From: an uncultured Chloroflexia bacterium
GTDB taxonomy: Bacteria; Chloroflexota; Anaerolineae; Anaerolineales; UBA4823
Length of the DNA stretch: 64,000 nt
NCBI GenBank assembly: GCA_963822175.1
Contig: CAWGGJ010000003.1
Coordinates: forward strand, 666,287-730,286
Direction: 5' to 3'
Shown here: positions 20,025-29,086 of the stretch, piece by piece
How positions within the stretch are numbered: the stretch's first letter is position 1
Layout: each line of letters begins with the position of its first letter
Notes under the pieces: generated by a model
What the model saw: the letters and a program-made list of their open reading frames with translations, nothing else
The model's database searches: none
Told to the model about the DNA's origin: nothing
Translations under genes and position numbers: made by a program

Positions 20025-21197
20025 ATGGATTATACTCATCCCATGCTGCCCACACTATCGCATGAAGAAATCCTGCGCTACTCGCGGCACCTGCTGATCC
20101 CGGATGTTGGGCTGGAGGGCCAGCGCAAGCTCAAAGCTGCCAGTGTGCTCATCATCGGCACGGGTGGGTTGGGCTCACCGGTAGCGCTGTACCTGGCGGC
20201 AGCTGGTGTGGGTCACATCGGGTTGGTGGATTTTGACGTGGTCGACCGGACCAACCTGCAGCGCCAGGTGATCCACGGCACATCGACGGTGGGCAAGCTC
20301 AAGGTCGAGTCTGCCCGCAAGCGCATGCTGGATCTGAACCCAGACATCCAGGTGGACACCTACAACGAAGCGTTCACTTCAAGCAACGCCATCGAGATCG
20401 CCAAGCCATACGACCTGATCGTGGATGGGTCGGACAATTTTCCCACGCGCTATCTGACCAATGACCTGTGCGTGCTTACCGGGAAGCCCAACGTGTACGG
20501 CTCGGTGTACCGCTTTGAAGGCCAGGTGAGCGTGTTCGATGCGCGGGTGGGGCCGTGTTACCGCTGCCTGTTCCCCGACCCGCCTCCCCCAGGCCTGGTG
20601 CCCTCGTGCGCGGAGAGCGGCATCCTCGGCATTTTGCCCGGCACGATTGGCACACTGCAGGCCACCGAAGCGATCAAGCTGATCCTGGGCACTGGAGAAC
20701 CACTGATCGGGCGGCTGCTGCTGTACAACGCCCAGGACATGTCGTTCGAGTTCGTGCGGCTGCATAAGAATCCCAAGTGCAGGGTATGCGGGGAACATCC
20801 CACGGTCACCGCGCTGATCGATTATGACCAATTCTGTGGAGTGCCCGGTCATACAACAGAAAGCGGGTCGGCAGGGGAAGAATGGGATATCACCCCGAGC
20901 GAGCTGGCGGAACAGCTGAGAGCCGGGGTTGAGCTTGACCTGGTGGATGTCCGGGAGCCACACGAGCTGGAAATCTCGCGTATCGAAGGAGCCCGCGTTA
21001 TCCCGCTGGGACAGCTGGCTTCACGCACCAACGAACTTAAGCAGAACGATGATATCGTTTTGATATGTAAAGCAGGGGTCAGGTCCACCCGGGCGCTGCA
21101 CATCCTGCTTGGAGCGGGGTTCCAAAGGCTGCACAACCTTAAAGGGGGGATGAATGCCTGGGCCAAGGAAGTCGACCCGAGCCAGCCGATCTATTGA
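20025..21197 (+). CDS. ThiF/MoeB-family adenylyltransferase fused to a C-terminal rhodanese domain (MoeZ-like)
   Basis: GTGGLGSP Rossmann loop, CYRC and CRVC zinc-site cysteines, and rhodanese active-site loop CKAGVRS. Confidence 0.88.
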   Translation: MDYTHPMLPTLSHEEILRYSRHLLIPDVGLEGQRKLKAASVLIIGTGGLGSPVALYLAAAGVGHIGLVDFDVVDRTNLQRQVIHGTSTVGKLKVESARKRMLDLNPDIQVDTYNEAFTSSNAIEIAKPYDLIVDGSDNFPTRYLTNDLCVLTGKPNVYGSVYRFEGQVSVFDARVGPCYRCLFPDPPPPGLVPSCAESGILGILPGTIGTLQATEAIKLILGTGEPLIGRLLLYNAQDMSFEFVRLHKNPKCRVCGEHPTVTALIDYDQFCGVPGHTTESGSAGEEWDITPSELAEQLRAGVELDLVDVREPHELEISRIEGARVIPLGQLASRTNELKQNDDIVLICKAGVRSTRALHILLGAGFQRLHNLKGGMNAWAKEVDPSQPIY

Positions 21198-22078
21198 TGA
21201 CAGCCAAGACTTCCCACCCACTGACGATGCTGGTCTGCCTGGCGCACCCTGACGATGAAACTTTCGGCATGGGGGGTACGCTGGCGCTGTACACCCGCCG
21301 TGGCGTGCATGTGCACCTGGTGTGCGGAACACGGGGCGAAGTGGGTGAAATGACCCCCGAGCTGATGCAGGGATTCAGCTCCATCGGTGAGCGGCGCGAA
21401 TCGGAGCTACGCTGTGCAGCAGGCATCCTGGGAATCGAAGGAGTGTACTTCCTCGGATACCGCGATTCGGGCATGCCTGGCACAGTGGACAACCAGCATC
21501 CCAATGCCCTGACCGCCCAGCCCGTGGATGAGGTGGCAGCGAAGATTGTCCATTATATCCGCTGGCTTCAGCCGATGGTGGTGGTGACCCATGACCCCAT
21601 TGGTGGCTATAAACACCCGGATCACATCGCCATGCACCGCGCCACCTTACGTGCCTTCGAGCTGGCGGGCGACCCCAGCTACATCACCGACTTGCCGCCC
21701 CACCTGCCTGACAGGCTATATTACCAGACCATGCCCAAGACTCTGCTACGCTGGGCGGTGAGGCTGGCGCCGTTGCTGGGGATGGACCCGCACAAATTTG
21801 GCCACAACAAGGATATTGACCTGGCGTCCTTGGTGGCAGAGGGAGATTTCCCCACGCATGCCCACATCAACTGCCGCAGCGTGCTGGAGACCAGGGACGA
21901 AGCGACAGCCTGCCATACGAGCCAATTGGGAGGAGCGATCGGGCGCAAGGGACCGATGAGCTTCCTTAGGCGCTACTTTGGGGTGACCGAGACCTTTATG
22001 CGGGCTTACCCCGTGCCAGGGAAGGGATTACGGGAGAAGGATTTGTTCGAGGGGTTGGGAGAGAGTACAGTTCAGTAG
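21197..22078 (+). CDS. PIG-L/LmbE-family N-acetylglucosaminyl deacetylase
   Basis: AHPDDE and HPDH motifs. The ATG overlaps the upstream TGA (TGATG). Confidence 0.8.
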   Translation: MTAKTSHPLTMLVCLAHPDDETFGMGGTLALYTRRGVHVHLVCGTRGEVGEMTPELMQGFSSIGERRESELRCAAGILGIEGVYFLGYRDSGMPGTVDNQHPNALTAQPVDEVAAKIVHYIRWLQPMVVVTHDPIGGYKHPDHIAMHRATLRAFELAGDPSYITDLPPHLPDRLYYQTMPKTLLRWAVRLAPLLGMDPHKFGHNKDIDLASLVAEGDFPTHAHINCRSVLETRDEATACHTSQLGGAIGRKGPMSFLRRYFGVTETFMRAYPVPGKGLREKDLFEGLGESTVQ

Positions 22079-22113
22079 TCTGGCTTGGTTTCCGAATGCT
22101 GGGGGTTAATACA

Positions 22114-22923
22114 TTATACAGAGCACTTCTTGAGTGCGGTAAAAATTAATTCATGACTTTCTTGAGTGGCAGACGCATCGGTATAGTCGCCGCAAACGGA
22201 AATACAATGAAAACCAGCAACCCGCAGCATGAGGATTACCTCATTCTTCATGTATATGCTGCCGTGCATTGATGCTTGTTGGGTTGCAGCTAATTCACCC
22301 GAGACCCATTTTTCAATTCGTACTTCACAGACGTAAGTCTGCTCTAGCATATCAGTGCTAACCAGGCGATAAGACTCAACATATTCGCTGCCGTCTGCAG
22401 CAATGCAATGTTTGCCTTCTTCGGGCCAGGGCTCAGGTAATAAAATAGGCTTAGTGGGATTCCATTTATCCCACCACTCGGAGTTTGCATATTCAGCTTC
22501 AACATTAAATATCAACGCTCCCCCTTCATGTAAGTGTTCAAAGCAACACTTTAGCGTTGTTAGGGCTTTTTCACGCCCTCCAGCCAGATTGAAAGCATCC
22601 CATATATATATGGTCTGATATAGGCGGGGTATCAAAAAGCTGTGCATAGGCTGCTCGTATAAATGGGGCCGGAATCCATCTCGTAAAGCCTTGTCAATAC
22701 AGTGGCGTAACATATCACCAGAAATATCACAGCCTTCAACGTCTACGCCAGCGCGCAGGATTGGCAACAACAAGCGCCCTGTACCGCAGCCCAGGTCTAG
22801 AACAGGCTGCCCAAACCGTTCGATCGCGCGCAGTAAAAAAGGTACCTGGTAGGGCTCCGGAGTTAATACAGCAACCCGCTCAGCCATCAAACCATAGAAC
22901 CAATTTACAGGTTCATCACTCAT
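22114..22923 (-). CDS. class I SAM-dependent methyltransferase
   Basis: LDLGCGTGR motif I. Confidence 0.8.
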   Translation of the reverse strand: MSDEPVNWFYGLMAERVAVLTPEPYQVPFLLRAIERFGQPVLDLGCGTGRLLLPILRAGVDVEGCDISGDMLRHCIDKALRDGFRPHLYEQPMHSFLIPRLYQTIYIWDAFNLAGGREKALTTLKCCFEHLHEGGALIFNVEAEYANSEWWDKWNPTKPILLPEPWPEEGKHCIAADGSEYVESYRLVSTDMLEQTYVCEVRIEKWVSGELAATQQASMHGSIYMKNEVILMLRVAGFHCISVCGDYTDASATQESHELIFTALKKCSV

Positions 22924-22984
22924 TACTTATTCCTCGTGTTTTTTCCAGTTGGTGTAGACAATCAGGATGCTAGACGAAATGCTT

Positions 22985-24376
22985 TTATTGTGCCTTAACC
23001 ATCGCCCTCTCCAGTGCTTCACGGAGTGAGCGCACCTCCACCACTTCGATGCCCGCGGGCCAGGGTTCAGCTTTGTGCACGCGTTTGGGCACAATGGCAG
23101 TCTTGAAACCCAGCTTGGCGGCCTCACGCAAGCGGGCAGGCATCTGGCCAACCAGGCGCAGCTCACCGGAGAGACCCACTTCACCGATGAGGACCGTGTC
23201 GGCCTTGACCGGTACATCCCGCATCGAGGAGGCAATGGCGGCTGCCACTGCCAGGTCGGCAGCTGGTTCTTCAACCTGAATGCCCCCAACCACATTGACA
23301 AAAATGTCCTGGTCACCCAGGTGCAGCCCTAACCGCCGGGCCAACACAGCGCTAACCAGCAGCAGGCGGTTGAAGTCAATGCCATTGGGAGTTCGACGCG
23401 GGTTGCCAAATGCAGTCGGGCTGGAGAGCCCCTGCACCTCCACCAGGATGGGGCGCGTGCCCTCCATGGTGACAGCGATGGCGCTACCAGGGGTGTTGAC
23501 CATACGCTCGGCCAGGAATGCCTCGGAGGGGTTGGTGATCTCCACCATGCCGCGCTCGCGCATCTCGAAAACCCCCACCTCGGAGGTGGCGCCAAAGCGG
23601 TTCTTGACCGAGCGAAGGAGACGGTAGGATTGGAAGCGATCACCTTCCAGGTAAAGCACCGTATCGACGATATGCTCGAGCACGCGCGGGCCAGCAATTG
23701 CCCCTTCCTTGGTGACATGCCCGATGAGGAAGATGGCCATGCCAGAGCTCTTGGCCAGCTCACGCAGGCGGGAGGCGCATTCGCGCACCTGGGTGACACT
23801 GCCGGCACCGGACTCAAGCTCGGGCATATAGGTGGTCTGGATGGAATCCACAATCACCAGCGAAGGTTTCACTGCAGCGATGTGATCGAGGATGGCGCCA
23901 AGGTTGGTCTCTGTGACCAGCAACAATCCCCCGGGCATCTCACCCTGGTCCTCCTTGAGCAGGCGGTTGGCGCGCATCTTGATCTGGCGCTCCGATTCCT
24001 CACCCGACACGTAGAACACCGTTTCTGAACGCGCCATTTCAAGAGCCACCTGCAGGAGGAGGGTGGATTTCCCTATCCCCGGGTCGCCACCCACCAGGAC
24101 GATGGAACCCGGCACGATCCCGCCACCCAGGACGCGGGCGAACTCACCGATGGAAAGAGCCCAGCGTTCATCGACATCGCCTTCGATCTCAGACAATCGG
24201 CGGGGGGTGGAAGCACCGGTCAAGCCGCGCCCAGCTGAATGAACCGCCTTGGCGGGTGCCGCGATGATCTCCTCGACCATGCTGTTCCAGGCACCGCATT
24301 GCGGGCAGCGCCCCATGGGGCGGGCAGCTGTGCGCCCGCATTGCTGGCAAACGTATTGGGTGTGTGTTTTTGGCAT
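22985..24376 (-). CDS. radA: DNA repair protein RadA/Sms
   Basis: N-terminal CxxC..CxxC zinc finger, Walker A GDPGIGKST, KNRFG motif, and a Lon-like C-terminal domain. Confidence 0.93.
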   Translation of the reverse strand: MPKTHTQYVCQQCGRTAARPMGRCPQCGAWNSMVEEIIAAPAKAVHSAGRGLTGASTPRRLSEIEGDVDERWALSIGEFARVLGGGIVPGSIVLVGGDPGIGKSTLLLQVALEMARSETVFYVSGEESERQIKMRANRLLKEDQGEMPGGLLLVTETNLGAILDHIAAVKPSLVIVDSIQTTYMPELESGAGSVTQVRECASRLRELAKSSGMAIFLIGHVTKEGAIAGPRVLEHIVDTVLYLEGDRFQSYRLLRSVKNRFGATSEVGVFEMRERGMVEITNPSEAFLAERMVNTPGSAIAVTMEGTRPILVEVQGLSSPTAFGNPRRTPNGIDFNRLLLVSAVLARRLGLHLGDQDIFVNVVGGIQVEEPAADLAVAAAIASSMRDVPVKADTVLIGEVGLSGELRLVGQMPARLREAAKLGFKTAIVPKRVHKAEPWPAGIEVVEVRSLREALERAMVKAQ

Positions 24377-24475
24377 AGGAAGATTATATCAAGGACTGGT
24401 TTGTTGATCGAATAAGTAGATCAAATCGATGATGAGTATTTTTTTTATTTACGCATGGAGATAAGCGGATTCATC

Positions 24476-25219
24476 TTACTCAAACTTAACAAATATATCC
24501 CCAGAGTATTCAATCGATGAATTGCTTATTACAGTAAGCAAATACTCCGGATCATCGATCCACTCTTTCAATGCCAGCCTGGTAAAGTCGAAGGTGGGGG
24601 CATAATTTAATCTCATTTTTCCAAGCTCACCCAGAAGCCTCAGGCAAGATTCGGTATCATCCAGGAAACCGCGTGAATACTCAAAAGAAAGGCTCGGGAT
24701 AGCAGTGCTTAACCCTTTAAATACATTTAACTCATAGCCTTCAACATCGACCTTACAAAAAACAGGCTTGCCGTATTCTCGAATCAGGTCATCCATGGTT
24801 GTCACAGGCACTATTTTTGATCCTGTCCATTTTCGGTTTTTAAATGGTCCATGCTGGATAAATTTTTCAGAAAAGCTTGCCGTAGCACTATTGTTGGTAT
24901 CGATGAACAAAACGCGTTCACCTTTTTCTTCAGCCACACCCATCTCAACGATCAAAATATCATGATTATTTTTAAACCTGCGTTTTAATCTCTGAATACA
25001 AAATGGTTGGGGTTCGATACATATAACCCTGGCTCCGAGTGCCAGATAACAGGCAGCATAATAACCGGTATGGGCACCGATATCGAAAACCAGACTGCCT
25101 GGATGGATAAATTGAGAATGCAGCTCTCTCAAGGAATCTTTTTTCGTGAATTCATATATATCTCGCAGAGGCCTCCTGATGGCAGACGGAATTTGTTGAA
25201 TTAATCGATCGGCTAACAT
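24476..25219 (-). CDS. FkbM-family methyltransferase
   Basis: VFDIGAHTGYY motif. ATG at 25219 follows GAGG. More AT-rich than its neighbours. Confidence 0.8.
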   Translation of the reverse strand: MLADRLIQQIPSAIRRPLRDIYEFTKKDSLRELHSQFIHPGSLVFDIGAHTGYYAACYLALGARVICIEPQPFCIQRLKRRFKNNHDILIVEMGVAEEKGERVLFIDTNNSATASFSEKFIQHGPFKNRKWTGSKIVPVTTMDDLIREYGKPVFCKVDVEGYELNVFKGLSTAIPSLSFEYSRGFLDDTESCLRLLGELGKMRLNYAPTFDFTRLALKEWIDDPEYLLTVISNSSIEYSGDIFVKFE

Positions 25220-25384
25220 ATGAACCTCTGACAAGCAAACCCTATCCGCATTATTTATTTTAACCAAGATTTTACTAAGATGTCAACCGATGCATACTCC
25301 AGGTGGATAACGATGCTAAATAACCCATATTCACTGCATAGGCTGGGGTTTGTCCTTCTTGTTCCCGATTTTTTAATCTCCAAG

Positions 25385-25510
25385 TCACCTGTCTCTCAAT
25401 TTATCCAGCTGCTGCTGTGCTTGCTGGCAGATGTTGGAGTTATCACCACACAGATCCAAGACGCGGAGCATATCTACGACAGCTTTTCCCGTGTAATGCT
25501 GCACATACAT
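25385..25510 (-). CDS. 41-aa ORF paralogous to the C-terminus of the upstream TPR protein
   Basis: TAAATG junction with the TPR gene stop. AVVDMLRVLDLCGDNSNICQQAQQQLDKL resembles AISDMNKVLEVCGDEADLCQNAQEILQEL. Confidence 0.3.
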   Translation of the reverse strand: MYVQHYTGKAVVDMLRVLDLCGDNSNICQQAQQQLDKLRDR

Positions 25511-26491
25511 TTAGTTCCCTCCCAGCTCCTGTAATATCTCCTGGGCATTCTGACATAAATCAGCCTCATCACCGCATACTTCCAGGACCTTGTTCATATC
25601 CGAGATTGCCATTTCTGTTGCACCCTGGTTCGCATAGGATAGTCCCCGGTTATAGTATGCAGGTCCATTCCCGGGAATGATCCTGATCACTTCCGTCCAA
25701 TCCCAGATCGCCTGATCGAAATGTTCGAGCTTGAAATGAATTAGGGCGCGATGGAAATGTGCATCGGGCTCGTCTGGATTCAATGCGATCGCTTTATCAA
25801 AATCATCCAGCGCACGACTGAGATCCCCGGTGTCAAAGTAGGCTAACCCCCGGTTGTAATAAGCTTCGGTATAAGAAGGGTTAATCTGTATCCCCTTTTC
25901 ATAATCGCTGAAGGCACGCTCGTAGTCCCTCTGTTCTGCATATAAATTCCCCCGGTTGCAATATGCTTCCACCAGCTCAGGGTTTATCTCCAGCGCACGT
26001 CCATAATCACTGAGCGCCTGTTCCATGTTGCCCTTGTGGAAATAAATGATGCCTCGGTTGTTATATGCCATGGCGAACTCAGGATCAAGCCGGATGGCAA
26101 AATCGTATTCTGCCAAGGCGAGATCGGGCGATCCCTTATGGGCATATTCGATCCCGGCATTGTAGAAATACCCGGCAGCGCTCGTCTTTACTGATGGGAT
26201 AATATATTTAACCCCCATTGCAGCTGCCATGATCAATCCTGCCAGCAAGATTGTGACAATAAACATGACCAGGACTTTGTGTTGAGCAGACCAACGAGGT
26301 CGGCGGGTTTCAGGTGTGCCGGCGTTCACCGTGTCTTGAAACGCACTGGCTGGCAATGTACCCATACGCGATGAAGCTTCCAGGGTGTTTTCCCCTGGCA
26401 GCAAACTATCATCCGTCGTGGATGGTTCGGGGTTGTGAGAATTCGGTTCCTGCTCCATTTTCATTTCCTCCTCAATGCTCTTCCAGCACAA
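25511..26491 (-). CDS. tetratricopeptide repeat protein with an N-terminal membrane anchor
   Basis: About seven tandem 34-aa TPR units (A..YNRG..Y......A..D...A...NP) and one TM helix. Confidence 0.85.
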   Translation of the reverse strand: MCWKSIEEEMKMEQEPNSHNPEPSTTDDSLLPGENTLEASSRMGTLPASAFQDTVNAGTPETRRPRWSAQHKVLVMFIVTILLAGLIMAAAMGVKYIIPSVKTSAAGYFYNAGIEYAHKGSPDLALAEYDFAIRLDPEFAMAYNNRGIIYFHKGNMEQALSDYGRALEINPELVEAYCNRGNLYAEQRDYERAFSDYEKGIQINPSYTEAYYNRGLAYFDTGDLSRALDDFDKAIALNPDEPDAHFHRALIHFKLEHFDQAIWDWTEVIRIIPGNGPAYYNRGLSYANQGATEMAISDMNKVLEVCGDEADLCQNAQEILQELGGN

Positions 26492-26517
26492 TACTCTACT
26501 GCTTTGAACAGCCAGCC

Positions 26518-28941
26518 TTACCCGCCCGGTTTTGCCGTTACGATGATGCCTTCATCTCCGTCTACATTGGAGCGCTCAACGCTAATTTGAAAACCGCCGA
26601 AGGTCGGGGACAGGTCGGTGACAGGCTTACCCTTGATGACATCCATCCAATCCGCATTTTGCCAGGCGATCACTTTTGCCAGCTCCTGCATGTCGCGGCT
26701 GATAGCTCCGACAAAATACAAAATATGTGAATCCGCATCCTCATCAGAACAGCCCACGATGGTACTGCTGCCGCCCAGGAACTCCTGGCCGGTTCCCAGC
26801 AGGGTGAGTTTTACCTGGCAGTCACCATCCTGGAAGGTGCCCATTAACCCCGGTTGCCCATCGACCGTGGTTTCCGAAAAGGTATATCCATAATTTTCAA
26901 AATCCTCAACCAGGTAGTCCATGGTGACATTGCCCGGGTACCATGGATCAACCTCCAGCGAGGTTTCTTCATGCCGAATCTCAGCCAGTACCTGCTCCGT
27001 GATGGGATTTTCGCCAGCTTTGAGCGCAGTCACCCACTCCTGGTGCTGGGTTATTTCGTCACCATAATATGTGTCCTTTATATTCAGGGCGTCTTCAAAG
27101 TCGCCTGCCGCTTCGGGATATTTCCCCAGCAACGCATACACCAATCCACGGCTATCCAGGATATAACCGGCGGGGTCATTTTCAACTGCTTCCTCACAGT
27201 AAGGCAGGGCTTCCTCCGGGCGGTTCATCAACCCCAAATCCCAGCACAGGCTATTGAGCGAATCCGCCTGGCGGTAGCCCAGGTCGAGAATGCGGTGTAG
27301 ATTATCCACCGCCAGGTCGTACTTCCCAAGTTGTTCATAATCTGCATGCTGCAGGTCATAAACCTGCTGTAGCTGGTCAGGCGTCAGGCTGTATTCCAAC
27401 ATGGCGTCGTAAAGCAACGCCTCAAACAAATAATATCCAGACCAGTTGAAGTCCTCACCCCGGCTCATCAGCTGGTCAAAAGCCTCACTGGTCATCACGA
27501 GCATTCCATCCACGAAATCACCCGCTGGTGGATTAATCGTTGCAGCCGGTTCAGGCGTGGATGCGGGGGCCGGGGCAGGCGTTTGGGCCATGCCGGCAGG
27601 CGCAAATGTACATGAACCCAGGAGTTCATCCAATTTTTCCTCCACCCGGTTGATCAGCTCTACCTGGGTCAGGTTCTCCCAGGTGGATTTTTCCTCCTGG
27701 TGAATAACGGTGTAAATCGCATCCCTGTTTGCATACACCAGGTAGCCGCGCAACACATCCAGCTGGACCGATCCGGAACCCGAATCTTCGGAGATGAAGG
27801 AAGCCTTGGGCAGCTCTACGACCACCTTCAGCACACCTTGCGAGGCGTCTCCGGGTAGCTCGACCCACTCCTGCTTCACGATATTGAGGTCAGGGTGTTG
27901 CTGTTGCAGGGTGGGCAGGATGGTGCCCTGGAATAAATCGTCCACCGCCGGTCTGGTTTCCTCGCTGCTCGCCACTGGTGCATCCAGCGGGTATTTTTCG
28001 ACCGCCTGGCCGATGTCAAAATCATTGGTAAACACCACTGCCACATGGTCGGGGAAGATGAAGTCATACAGCAGGTCGCCATCGATTCCCTCAAAAGCCA
28101 GGTTGCAGGTGAATGAATTATCCGGGGAGGTATACCCATTTTCATACGAGTAGGTGCCGAGCGTGGAGGCCAAACCCCACCAGTTGGAGCGGTGGGCACG
28201 CTGCATCAGGAAGATATCCGTCGTGGCGTCAGTATCCATCACTTCCCCGCTGGTCGTGCCAAAATCAGCAAATTCAGCTTTTAAGCTTTCTGTAGAAGAC
28301 AAATCCACGTTTTCCTGTGCTACGAGCCAATCACGCAGCACCTCCAGCTGGGGCTGTAAATAATCACGCGTGGTGGTGATTTCCTGGCCCAGCGCCTTGG
28401 CGTCTGACTCACCTCGCCACCAGCGCTTGCATGCCTGTGAGAGCTCGATCGTCGCCTGGTTGATTTCTGCTTTATATGGGTAATTGGTCCCTGCATCATA
28501 AGGATTATTGCCGTAGTCTAATGAAGATTTGAGGTACCTGAGAATGTGGTGCAGGAGCTGGATGCGGTTATTGGCCTGGTCCCGATCAATCGCCCTCTGC
28601 TCGAGCAGCTCGGTGGAATTTATGAGCTCCTCAGCCACGGTGTCAAGGATATAGAGATACTGGTATGAGCCGATGAGCTCGTCAAGCGTGCCGGCAGGTG
28701 TGGGCAAGGGCGTAGGCGTCGCCGTAGCCGTGGGCGTAAAGGTGGGTGCAGATGTCTGCGTAGGCGTGGGGCTGGGGGTCAATGTGGCAGTGGACGTGGG
28801 CCTCAGCGCAGTCTGCGTTTTATTGATATCGGCGGCAGATTGCGAGGCGGTGGCATCCAGCTCAGCCGCGGATGGTCCGCAGGCAGCCAGGACAGCTGTA
28901 AATAATAAAGGTAACAGAGAAAGGCCGAACTTCATTTTCAT
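26518..28941 (-). CDS. large secreted lipoprotein, hypothetical (contains a TPR-like segment)
   Basis: MKMKFGLSLLPLLFTAVLAAC lipobox, a Thr/Pro-rich linker, and GAGGAG RBS before ATG 28941. Confidence 0.7.
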   Translation of the reverse strand: MKMKFGLSLLPLLFTAVLAACGPSAAELDATASQSAADINKTQTALRPTSTATLTPSPTPTQTSAPTFTPTATATPTPLPTPAGTLDELIGSYQYLYILDTVAEELINSTELLEQRAIDRDQANNRIQLLHHILRYLKSSLDYGNNPYDAGTNYPYKAEINQATIELSQACKRWWRGESDAKALGQEITTTRDYLQPQLEVLRDWLVAQENVDLSSTESLKAEFADFGTTSGEVMDTDATTDIFLMQRAHRSNWWGLASTLGTYSYENGYTSPDNSFTCNLAFEGIDGDLLYDFIFPDHVAVVFTNDFDIGQAVEKYPLDAPVASSEETRPAVDDLFQGTILPTLQQQHPDLNIVKQEWVELPGDASQGVLKVVVELPKASFISEDSGSGSVQLDVLRGYLVYANRDAIYTVIHQEEKSTWENLTQVELINRVEEKLDELLGSCTFAPAGMAQTPAPAPASTPEPAATINPPAGDFVDGMLVMTSEAFDQLMSRGEDFNWSGYYLFEALLYDAMLEYSLTPDQLQQVYDLQHADYEQLGKYDLAVDNLHRILDLGYRQADSLNSLCWDLGLMNRPEEALPYCEEAVENDPAGYILDSRGLVYALLGKYPEAAGDFEDALNIKDTYYGDEITQHQEWVTALKAGENPITEQVLAEIRHEETSLEVDPWYPGNVTMDYLVEDFENYGYTFSETTVDGQPGLMGTFQDGDCQVKLTLLGTGQEFLGGSSTIVGCSDEDADSHILYFVGAISRDMQELAKVIAWQNADWMDVIKGKPVTDLSPTFGGFQISVERSNVDGDEGIIVTAKPGG

Positions 28942-29086
28942 GGTAGGTTCTCCTCTTGATAAAGAGTATGCCAAAATGAAACTGCCAATACCAGTAGATT
29001 AACTGCCAAAAGACGCCAACTTTAAATCAAGCAGAGGTATTTGGATTCCAGTCCGAATACCTCTGGAATGTGCAATGATCAATAGC

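Noticed and set aside
19104-20039. 311-aa ORF antisense to cysE. Similar long antisense or off-frame ORFs occur inside other GC-rich genes (e.g. 9576..10175, 3349..3801, 20379..20963, 32719..33267, 35372..35956, 52450..53049, 54346..54858, 60166..60696).
   Set aside because: They fully overlap genes with clear family motifs. They are His/Arg/Pro/Gly-biased with no motifs or RBS. They are typical shadow ORFs of GC-rich coding DNA.
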